A DNA stretch of 64,000 nt from the NCBI GenBank assembly GCA_049300695.1, contig JBAQKF010000032.1, positions 8,292 through 72,291 of the forward strand, written 5' to 3'. The notes beneath the pieces were generated by a model, which saw only the letters and a program-made list of their open reading frames with translations, did no database searches and was not told where the DNA came from. The translations under genes and the position numbers were made by a program. Origin of the DNA: Usitatibacter sp. Lineage in GTDB: Bacteria > Pseudomonadota > Gammaproteobacteria > Burkholderiales > Usitatibacteraceae. Positions 28,510 through 36,002 of this stretch are shown piece by piece. Position 1 is the stretch's first letter, and the number at the start of each line of letters is the position of its first letter.

Positions 28510-29058
28510 GTGATCAGGGACCCCGACGAAACGCTGGTGGAACGCTGCCGAGGCGGCGACCGCCAGGCCCTCGCGGCCCTGATGGAGCGCTACCAGCGCG
28601 CCATCTACAACGCGGCATACCGGGTGCTTGGCAACGGGGACGATGCGGCCGACGTGACCCAGACCACGTTCCTCAAGGTGGCGGAAAGGCTGGACGAGTA
28701 TGACTCGCAATACAAGTTCTTCAGCTGGATCTACCGCATCGCGATCAACGAGTCGCTCAACACGGTGCGCCGCGATTCGCGCGACGAGCCCCTCGAGAAC
28801 GAGGACGAGCTGCCGGGCGCCAACGCCGCCGACCCGGAACGCAAGGCTTACGAATCGGAGCTCGCAGGCCGCGTGCAACTGGCGCTCATGGCGATGCGCT
28901 TCGATCATCGCATCGTGATCACGCTGCGCCACTTTTCCGACTGCAGCTACGGGGAGATCGCGTGGATCCTCGACCTGCAGGAAAAAACCGTGAAATCCCG
29001 GCTCTTCGAGGCCCGCCAGAAGCTCCGGGAGCTCCTCAAGGACTTCCAGCCCGCATGA
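28510..29058 (+). CDS. ECF (group 4) RNA polymerase sigma factor
   Basis: GTG at 28510 is the first start that preserves region 2.1. LVERCRGGDRQALAALMERYQRAIYNAAYRVLGNGDDAADVTQTTFLKV (region 2) and ITLRHFSDCSYGEIAWILDLQEKTVKSRLFEARQKL (region 4.2). Confidence 0.88.
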   Translation: MIRDPDETLVERCRGGDRQALAALMERYQRAIYNAAYRVLGNGDDAADVTQTTFLKVAERLDEYDSQYKFFSWIYRIAINESLNTVRRDSRDEPLENEDELPGANAADPERKAYESELAGRVQLALMAMRFDHRIVITLRHFSDCSYGEIAWILDLQEKTVKSRLFEARQKLRELLKDFQPA

Positions 29059-30833
29059 ACAAGAACGACGATATCCTGCAGCTGATGCACGCGGTCCTGG
29101 ACCGGGAAGCGTCTGCCGAGCAGCAGCGGGAGCTCGAGCAGCTCCTCGCCTCCGATCCGCAGGCGCGCGAACGATTCACCGAGATCGAACAGTTCTTCGC
29201 CCGGCTGGAGCGGCTGCCGGAGGAGGAGCCTCCCCCGGGCCTGGTCGAGGGCACCTTCGCCCGACTGGCGGAGAAAGCGGGGCGATTTTCCCAACCTTTG
29301 GGCGCTTCGCGTGTAAGTGATTTACATGCGGGCGACGTAGGGGCAGCATCGGCCGTCAACATCCATAAGACAACTTCTCCAAGGGATACGAACATGAACA
29401 AACGCAATCTTTGGATCGGACTGGGAGTAGGCGCGGTGGCCGTCGTGGCCGTCACGCAATACGTGTCCGAGTATCCCCCGAGCGGGGAGCAGACGACTGG
29501 CACGGTGGCGCCCGCCCAGCGCTACCGCGCCGAGCAGATCCAGTCGAGCGACGTGAAGCTGGGCGACCAGCAGGTCGCGCAGCTCATGCAAAGCGAGGCC
29601 TTCGAGAAGATCATGAAGGACCCGCAGCTGCGCGCGCTCGCCGCCGACGCGAGCTTCCAGGCGCTCGCCAAGTCCGAAGGGTTCGCCGCCCTCGCGCAGA
29701 ACGCCAACGCGTTCACCGCGCTCGCCTCGCAACCCGCAGCCTTCCAGGCGATGGCGAACAACGCGCAGTCGTTCCAGGCGCTCGCGTCCAATGCCCATTC
29801 GTTCCAGGCCGCGGCCACGCACGCCGATGCCTTCGCGGTGCTGGGACAACATGCGAGCGCATTCCAGGCGCTTGCGAGCGATGCGAAAGCCTTCCAGGCG
29901 CTCGCCAGCAACGCACAGGCGATGCAGGCCCTCGGCCAGCATGCGAGCGCGTTCCAGGCGATGGCGTCGCAGCCCCTCGCCTTCCAGGCGATGTCGCAGC
30001 ATCCGGACGCGTTCGCGCTGCTCGCGCATTATCCCGAGGCCTTCCAGGCGATGGCGGCCAACCCGAGCGCCTTCGCGGCGCTGGCGGCCAATCCTTCGGC
30101 GTTCATCGCCGCGGCGCAGAACGCCAAGTCGAACGCAGCCATGTCGTCGCACGCCGATGCGTTCATCGCGCTCTCGCAAGCCAAGGGCTTCCAGGCGCTC
30201 GCCAACAACGCCCAGGCCTTCCAGGCGATGGCGAACAACGCGCAGGCCTTCCAGGCCCTCGCGAGCAATGCGCAGGCCTTCCAGGCGCTCGGCCAGCACG
30301 CCGATGCCTTCGTCGCCATGGCGAGCAACCCGAAAGCCTTCCAGGCGCTCGCGCTGAACGCCTACGGCTTCCAGGCACTCGCGAACAACGCGCAGGCGAT
30401 GCAGGCCCTCGGGCAACATGCGAGTGCCTTCCAGGCACTCGCGAACGATGCCAAGGGCTTCCAGGCGCTCAGCCAGGCGCAGGCCTTCTCGGCGCTGGGC
30501 CAACATGCTGCTGCGTTCCAGGCGCTCGGACAACACGCCGCCGCGTTCCAGGCGCTCGCCAACAATGCGCAGGCGATGCAGGCGCTCGCGAACAACGCGC
30601 AGGCGTTCCAGGCGCTCGGACAACACGCCGCCGCGTTCCAGGCGCTCGCGAACAACGCGCAGGCGATGCAACTCCTCTCGCACAACGCCGCCGCATTCCA
30701 GGCGATGGCCAACACGCAGGGCTTCGCCGCGATGGCCGCCAATCCCGCCTTCGCGCAGGCGCTCGCGCAAGCCTCGGTGGCGCAGGGTGCGGTCGCAAGC
30801 GGCGCGGTGACCAATTCCGCGATCCAGAAGTAA
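29055..30833 (+). CDS. Single-pass membrane anti-sigma factor with a Cys-less N-terminal anti-sigma domain and a ~390-aa extracytoplasmic decapeptide-repeat region
   Basis: ATG at 29055 overlaps the sigma stop (ATGA). N-terminus LMHAVLDREASAEQQRELEQLLASDPQARERF matches the anti-sigma (ZAS-like) pattern without the Cys residues. TM helix LWIGLGVGAVAVVAVTQYV. About 39 copies of AFQALAxxAx follow. Confidence 0.75.
   Translation: MNKNDDILQLMHAVLDREASAEQQRELEQLLASDPQARERFTEIEQFFARLERLPEEEPPPGLVEGTFARLAEKAGRFSQPLGASRVSDLHAGDVGAASAVNIHKTTSPRDTNMNKRNLWIGLGVGAVAVVAVTQYVSEYPPSGEQTTGTVAPAQRYRAEQIQSSDVKLGDQQVAQLMQSEAFEKIMKDPQLRALAADASFQALAKSEGFAALAQNANAFTALASQPAAFQAMANNAQSFQALASNAHSFQAAATHADAFAVLGQHASAFQALASDAKAFQALASNAQAMQALGQHASAFQAMASQPLAFQAMSQHPDAFALLAHYPEAFQAMAANPSAFAALAANPSAFIAAAQNAKSNAAMSSHADAFIALSQAKGFQALANNAQAFQAMANNAQAFQALASNAQAFQALGQHADAFVAMASNPKAFQALALNAYGFQALANNAQAMQALGQHASAFQALANDAKGFQALSQAQAFSALGQHAAAFQALGQHAAAFQALANNAQAMQALANNAQAFQALGQHAAAFQALANNAQAMQLLSHNAAAFQAMANTQGFAAMAANPAFAQALAQASVAQGAVASGAVTNSAIQK
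29598..30773 (+). repeat. Coding tandem repeat, 30-bp (10-codon) period, about 39 units, consensus GCC TTC CAG GCG CTC GCG AAC AAC GCG CAG (AFQALANNAQ, alternating with AFQALGQHAA)
   Basis: Direct reading of the sequence shows contiguous units without spacers, all in the anti-sigma reading frame. A 68-nt block (30513-30580) recurs at +90 nt (30603-30670) with 2 mismatches. Confidence 0.9.
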
Positions 30834-30849
30834 AGCGCAGCAACTCCCG

Positions 30850-30890
30850 AAGCCGCCGGCCCTGAAAGCCGGCGGCTTTTGTTTGTTTGC
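30850..30890 (+). terminator. Rho-independent terminator after the anti-sigma gene
   Basis: 11-bp perfect stem AAGCCGCCGGC (30850-30860) / GCCGGCGGCTT (30868-30878) with a 7-nt loop, followed by TTTTGTTTGTTT. Confidence 0.65.
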
Positions 30891-30929
30891 TATCCTTCGT
30901 CGTTGCTGCAGTCTTGGGGAGAAGTCTGC

Positions 30930-33878
30930 ATGCGGTCCCGCCTTGCCTGCCTGTTGCTCGCGATCGCCTCGTTCGCCCACGCCGCCGACGAGCCCGATGC
31001 GAGCCCGCTGGCTTTGTCGTACGTCCTCACGAAGGACATGTGCCTCGTGTACCTGGACCCGACGCTCTCCTACCTCGAGCCGCACGCCGTTCGCACCTTC
31101 GCCAACTCCATGGCGTGGCAGAAGCGCACGTGGGGATGGATTCCCTATGAGCCCGTCACGGTCCTGCTGAAGGACTTCTCGGACTACGGCAACGCGAGCG
31201 CGGGAGCCTCGCCGCGCAACGCGCTCACCTTCGACATCTCGCCGCTTTCGCACGTCTTCGAGACGTACCCGGCGAGCGAGCGCATGTATTCGCTCATGAA
31301 CCACGAGCTCACCCACGTGGCGACCATGGACATGTACTCGAGCCAGGACCTCTTCTGGCGCCACCTGTTCACGGGCAAGGTCTATCCCGACGCGCAGAAC
31401 CCCGAGAGCATGATCTACGGCTACCTCACGACGCCGCGCTTCATGGTGCCGCGCTGGTACCTCGAGGGCAGCGCCGTCTTCATGGAGACGTGGATGGGCG
31501 GCGGACTCGGGCGCGCCCAGGGCGGCTACGACGAGATGGTGTTCCGCGCGATGGTGCGCGACAACGCGCGATTCTTCGATCCGCTGGGGCTCGTCTCCAA
31601 GGGCACGCGCATCGACTTCCAGGTGGGCGTGAACGCGTATCTCTACGGCACGCGCTTCATGACCTACATGGCCTATGCCCACTCGCCGGAGAAGCTGGTC
31701 GCGTGGTTGAAGCGCGACGAAGGCAGCAAGCGCTACTACTCCGACAACTTCGAGCACGTGTACGGCATGCCCCTCGAGAAAGCGTGGGACGAGTGGATCG
31801 CCTTCGAGCACGAATTCCAGCAGAAGAACCTCGCGGAGGTTCGCAAGTTCCCGGTGACGAAGCATCGCGACCTCGTGCCCAGGGCGCTGGGCTCGGTCTC
31901 GCGCGCCTACTACGACCCGTCCACCAACACGCTCTATGGCGCGTACCGGTATCCGGGCACGGTCGAGCACGTCGGCGCGTTGAGCCTCAAGGACGGCACC
32001 ATCGAGCACCTGGCCGACGTGAAGGGCGCGATGCTCTACAAGGTGACCTCGCTCGCCTTCGACCCGGACACGAAGACGCTCTTCTACACGAGCGACAACT
32101 ACGCGCTTCGCGACATCCGCTCCATCGACGTGAAGACGGGCGTGGAACGCATGCTCCTCGAGGACCAGCGCATCGGCGACATCGTGTTCGACCGCCAGGA
32201 CCGGTCGCTCTGGGGCGTGCGCCACTCCAACGGACTGGCGACACTCGTGCACATTCCCTACCCGTACGACGACTGGAAGCAGGTCCACACCTTCCCGTAC
32301 GGCGTGGAAGCGTACGACCTCGACGTCTCGCCCGACGGCAAGCTCCTGTCCGCCTCGATGAGCGAGGTGAACGGCGACCAATTCCTCCGCGTCTTCGACA
32401 TCGACAAGGTGCTGGCGGGCGACTTGAAGCCGCGCAGCGAATACAAGTTCGGCGGCTCGGTGCCCGAGGGGTTCAACTTCACGCGCGACGGCAAGTATCT
32501 CTACGGCTCGAGCTACTACACGGGTGTCTCGAACATCTTCCGCTACGAGGTCGCGACCGGAGAGGTCGAGGCCGTGTCGAACGCCGAGTCCGGATACTTC
32601 CGCCCGGTGGAGCTGGGCGACGGCACGCTCATGGTCTTCCACTACACCGGCCAGGGATTCACGCCGGTCGCGATCGATCCGAAGGTCGTGAAGGACGTGA
32701 GCGCGATCACGTTCCTCGGCACCGCGCTCGTGGACAAATACCCGGTGCTCAAGACGTGGCAGGTGCCGCCGCCTTCGACGGTGGACGACGAGAAGCTCGT
32801 CATCGCGAAGGGCCCGTACGTGCCGCTCCGCACGCTGGGACTCGAGAGCTCGTATCCCGTGCTCCAGGGCTACAAGGACTCCGTGGGCGTGGGATACCAC
32901 GTGAACTTCACCGATCCGCTTCGCCTCGGGAAGATCGATCTCACGGCCGCCTACACGCCGAGCGACAGCCTGCCGCAGACCGAGAAGGGACACTTCGAGG
33001 CGAAGTACCACTACCTCGACTGGACCGGATCGGTTTCCTACAACCGCTCGGACTTCTACGACATCTTCGGTCCCACCAAGTTGAGCCGCAAGGGCTATGC
33101 CGCGGTCCTCGACTACGACCACTTCCTGATATTCGACGAGCCGCGCAGGCTCCAGTTGAAATCCGAGATCGCGTACTACTACAAGCTCGACGCGCTTCCC
33201 TCGTTCCAGAACGTTCCCACGACGGCGGACCGTCTCGCGAGCGGCGAGATCGGCCTGTACTACACGTTCGTGCGCAAGTCGTTGGGCGCCGTGGACGACG
33301 AGAAGGGATTGCTCTGGAACGTCGTGGCGGGCGTGAACGACGCGCAGGGCACCGCGTATCCGCAACTGCGCGGCCAGCTCGACTTCGGCTTCGCCCTTCC
33401 ATTTGCGAACTCGTCCCTCTGGATCCGCAACGCCGCGGGCGCCTCGCATGGCGACCGCAGCTCGCCCTTCGCGAATTTCTTCCTGGGCGCCTTCGGCAAC
33501 AACTACGTCGACAGCCGCTCCATCAAGCGTTATCGCGAGTGGTACGCTTTCCCGGGCTTCGACATCGACGAGATCAACGGGAAATCGTTCGCGCGCAGCA
33601 TGGTCGAGGTGAACGGGCCGCCCTACGTATTCGAATCCGCGGGCACGCCCAGTTTCTACCTCAACTACCTGCGTCCCGCGGTGTTCGCCTCCGAGCTCGT
33701 GACCGATCCCAATGACAGCCGGTACCGCATCCGGTACAACAACATCGGCACGCAGGTCGACATGCGCTTCAGCGTGCTTCACTGGTTCGAGATGACGCTC
33801 TCGGCGGGATATGCCGTGGGATACAAGGAAAGCAAGCGCTCCGGCGACGAATGGATGCTCTCCCTCAAGATCATGTAG
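30930..33878 (+). CDS. Large secreted protein: N-terminal HExxH metallopeptidase-like domain, central PD40/TolB-type beta-propeller repeats, C-terminal beta-strand-rich (possible outer-membrane barrel) region
   Basis: ATG at 30930 after GGGGAGAAG. Signal peptide MRSRLACLLLAIASFAHA. LMNHELTHV (HExxH). Repeated propeller-like YDLDVSPDGKLL and FNFTRDGKYLYG. The C-terminal 330 aa have alternating aromatic/hydrophobic strands (IAYYYKL, IGLYYTF, LDFGFALPF, VDMRFSVLHWFEMTLSAGYAVGY). Confidence 0.75.
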   Translation: MRSRLACLLLAIASFAHAADEPDASPLALSYVLTKDMCLVYLDPTLSYLEPHAVRTFANSMAWQKRTWGWIPYEPVTVLLKDFSDYGNASAGASPRNALTFDISPLSHVFETYPASERMYSLMNHELTHVATMDMYSSQDLFWRHLFTGKVYPDAQNPESMIYGYLTTPRFMVPRWYLEGSAVFMETWMGGGLGRAQGGYDEMVFRAMVRDNARFFDPLGLVSKGTRIDFQVGVNAYLYGTRFMTYMAYAHSPEKLVAWLKRDEGSKRYYSDNFEHVYGMPLEKAWDEWIAFEHEFQQKNLAEVRKFPVTKHRDLVPRALGSVSRAYYDPSTNTLYGAYRYPGTVEHVGALSLKDGTIEHLADVKGAMLYKVTSLAFDPDTKTLFYTSDNYALRDIRSIDVKTGVERMLLEDQRIGDIVFDRQDRSLWGVRHSNGLATLVHIPYPYDDWKQVHTFPYGVEAYDLDVSPDGKLLSASMSEVNGDQFLRVFDIDKVLAGDLKPRSEYKFGGSVPEGFNFTRDGKYLYGSSYYTGVSNIFRYEVATGEVEAVSNAESGYFRPVELGDGTLMVFHYTGQGFTPVAIDPKVVKDVSAITFLGTALVDKYPVLKTWQVPPPSTVDDEKLVIAKGPYVPLRTLGLESSYPVLQGYKDSVGVGYHVNFTDPLRLGKIDLTAAYTPSDSLPQTEKGHFEAKYHYLDWTGSVSYNRSDFYDIFGPTKLSRKGYAAVLDYDHFLIFDEPRRLQLKSEIAYYYKLDALPSFQNVPTTADRLASGEIGLYYTFVRKSLGAVDDEKGLLWNVVAGVNDAQGTAYPQLRGQLDFGFALPFANSSLWIRNAAGASHGDRSSPFANFFLGAFGNNYVDSRSIKRYREWYAFPGFDIDEINGKSFARSMVEVNGPPYVFESAGTPSFYLNYLRPAVFASELVTDPNDSRYRIRYNNIGTQVDMRFSVLHWFEMTLSAGYAVGYKESKRSGDEWMLSLKIM

Positions 33879-33885
33879 GACGCCC

Positions 33886-34884
33886 TTGGCTCCGATCGTC
33901 GTAGGGCTGGCGCCCGTCATCACATTCCTCGTGGCGCTGGTCCTGCTGGACAGCTACAAGCTCGTGAAACTCTGGCTCGTGGTCCTGGCGGTGGCCTGCG
34001 GCATCGTCGCGGCTTTCATCGCCTACGGCGCCAATGGCCTGGTGCTCGAGCACGCGCAGGTCGGATTCCTCAATCACACGCGATACGTGGCGCCCCTCAT
34101 CGAGGAATTCCTGAAGGGCGTGGTGATCGTGGCGCTGATCCGCACGCATCGCATCGGATTCCTCGTGGACGCGGCGATCTTCGGGTTCGCGGTGGGCGCC
34201 GGATTCGCTATGGTCGAGAACCTGGTCTACCTCCAGCAATTTCCCGACGCGACCATGGGCACGTGGAACGTCCGCGGCTTTGGCACCGCGATCATGCACG
34301 GCGGCGCCACGGCGATCTTCGCGATGGTGGGACTCACGATGATGGATCGCTCGGGCAAGGCGGCGCTCCGCGCCTTCCTGCCCGGATATGCGATGGCGGT
34401 GGTCCTGCACTCGGCGTTCAACCACTTCTTCCTGTCGCCGAAGCTCTCGACTTTCGGCGTCGCGATCGTCGTCCCCGCGTTGCTCTACCTGGTGTATGAG
34501 CGCTCCGAGAAGGCGCTGGGCCAATGGCTGGGCACCGGATTCGATGCGGACACGGAGATGCTGCACCTCATCAACTCGGGTTCGCTCTCGGATTCGCCGG
34601 TGGGCCGCTACCTGCACGAGCTGAAGGACCGCTTCGAAGGACCGATCGTCGCCGACATCCTCTGCTACCTGCGCCTGTACACGGAGCTCGCGTTGCGCGC
34701 CAAGGGCGTGCTGATGATGCGCGAAAACGGATTCAACACGCCCATCGACGAGGCGACGCGCGCGAAGTTCGTCGAGATGCGCTACCTGGAAGGCAGCATC
34801 GGCAAGACCGCGCTCTTGGCGATCCAGCCGATGCTGCACATGAGCCACAAGGACCTGTGGCAGCTCTACATGCTCGGGAAGTAG
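33886..34884 (+). CDS. PrsW-family intramembrane metalloprotease with a ~120-aa C-terminal soluble extension
   Basis: TTG at 33886 is the first start after the upstream stop, and the start is uncertain. Motifs EEFLKG (EExxK), GFAMVEN (FxxxE), HGGATA and HSAFNH (HxxxN) lie in successive TM helices. Confidence 0.78.
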   Translation: MAPIVVGLAPVITFLVALVLLDSYKLVKLWLVVLAVACGIVAAFIAYGANGLVLEHAQVGFLNHTRYVAPLIEEFLKGVVIVALIRTHRIGFLVDAAIFGFAVGAGFAMVENLVYLQQFPDATMGTWNVRGFGTAIMHGGATAIFAMVGLTMMDRSGKAALRAFLPGYAMAVVLHSAFNHFFLSPKLSTFGVAIVVPALLYLVYERSEKALGQWLGTGFDADTEMLHLINSGSLSDSPVGRYLHELKDRFEGPIVADILCYLRLYTELALRAKGVLMMRENGFNTPIDEATRAKFVEMRYLEGSIGKTALLAIQPMLHMSHKDLWQLYMLGK

Positions 34885-35424
34885 CTATTTCTCCCGCAGC
34901 ATCGCGTGGATTTTCTCGAGGGTTGCCCAGTTGCGCGTCGTGCCCGAGTCCGCGAGCTTCGTAAGGAGGGCCACGCCCGCCTTGCTCTTGAGCGTCCCCT
35001 CGGGACACCACGCATAGAGCGCATGCTTACCGAGGTGCACGACGCCGGCCATTCCCGGAGCGGCCGCGAGCGACTCGAGCACCTTCCATCCCTTGTCATC
35101 GTTGGTCAACGCGACCAGGAGGAGCGACGGATTGGTGGCGACCCTGCCGAGCTTGTTTCCCGCGATCACGGCGGCGACATCCTTCGCCGATTTCACGACG
35201 ACCAGGGCATCGACCCCGAGCTTCTTCTGCACCGCCTCGCGAATGCGCTGCGCGTGCTTCGCCTCGGGCTCGATCGCTCCGTCGAAGACCGCATTGCCGC
35301 TGTTGAGCAGCGTCTCGACCTCCTTGTAGCCCAGCGACTCCAGGACCTTGCGCAGGTCGGTCATGGCGATGCGCTTGGCATTGCCGACGTTGATGCCGCG
35401 GAATAGCGCGACGTAGCGCGGCAT
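34885..35424 (-). CDS. DUF1697 family protein
   Basis: ATG at 35424. MPRYVALFRGINVGNAKRIAMTDLRKVLESLGY is the characteristic DUF1697 N-terminus. Confidence 0.8.
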   Translation of the reverse strand: MPRYVALFRGINVGNAKRIAMTDLRKVLESLGYKEVETLLNSGNAVFDGAIEPEAKHAQRIREAVQKKLGVDALVVVKSAKDVAAVIAGNKLGRVATNPSLLLVALTNDDKGWKVLESLAAAPGMAGVVHLGKHALYAWCPEGTLKSKAGVALLTKLADSGTTRNWATLEKIHAMLREK

Positions 35425-35765
35425 CAGAACGGATAGGTGATGAGCACGATCGCCACGGCAAGCAGGCCGAATCCGGCGAATTGCGGTGTCGTGAAGTGCT
35501 CGTTCAGGACGAATCGCGAGACCAGCGCCACGCACATCACGCCGAACGCCAGGTGGAACGACGCCATCTGGGCGCCGTTGTAGGTCCCGTAGCCGTAGCG
35601 GGTAGCCCCGACGTTGAGGACGTATTCGGGAAGCACCAGGAGCCAGCTCGCGGCGAGCGCCGTCCAGAAGCCGATCTCGTTCCGGTAGCGCAGATGGCCG
35701 AGCCACGCCAGCGCCATCAGCACGCTCGACATCAGCATGAAAACCGGGACGAGCACGAGCTTCAT
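35424..35765 (-). CDS. Small DMT-superfamily-like membrane protein (DUF486-like)
   Basis: 113 aa with four hydrophobic segments. The stop shares 1 nt with the downstream ATG. Confidence 0.68.
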   Translation of the reverse strand: MKLVLVPVFMLMSSVLMALAWLGHLRYRNEIGFWTALAASWLLVLPEYVLNVGATRYGYGTYNGAQMASFHLAFGVMCVALVSRFVLNEHFTTPQFAGFGLLAVAIVLITYPF

Positions 35766-35770
35766 GCGAG

Positions 35771-35989
35771 TTATCCTATCGAGAGGAATTTCGTTCGCGC
35801 CGATGCGCCGGCCTTGATGCTGACGTCCGCCTTGCGGCAGCCGAAGCGCTTCGCGACGAGCGCGATCAATTCTTCATTCGCCTTGCCGTCGACCGGCGGC
35901 GACTTCAACTGCGCGATCCAGGTTCCATCGGCCGCCTGCTCGAGCACGCTCGCCCGCGCGTTCGGCTTCACCTTCACCTGGATCACCAT
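35771..35989 (-). CDS. DUF167 (YggU) family protein
   Basis: 72 aa. VKVKPNARAS...PPVDGKANEELIALVAK.F....V.I..G..SR.K is the YggU signature. Confidence 0.8.
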   Translation of the reverse strand: MVIQVKVKPNARASVLEQAADGTWIAQLKSPPVDGKANEELIALVAKRFGCRKADVSIKAGASARTKFLSIG

Positions 35990-36002
35990 CGACTCACGGC
36001 GA

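Noticed and set aside
29598-30773. Possible CRISPR array or non-coding satellite (regular 30-bp period)
   Set aside because: The units are contiguous with no unique spacers and are degenerate at wobble-like positions. They stay in one reading frame that continues from a bona fide anti-sigma N-domain and TM helix. There are no cas genes. This is a coding tandem repeat.
29322-33923. 1533-aa minus-strand ORF, the longest in the track
   Set aside because: It lies antisense to the anti-sigma repeat array and the HExxH/propeller gene. Its composition is dominated by R/E/G/A/V/H repeats mirroring the sense-strand repeat. It has no signal, motif or plausible start context. The sense-strand genes have SD sequences, a signal peptide and coupling overlaps.
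34882-34887. Abutting convergent stop codons (TAG|CTA) of the PrsW-like and DUF1697 genes with no terminator
   Set aside because: The observation is real but unremarkable in a compact genome. No hairpin or repeat is present, so there is nothing further to report.
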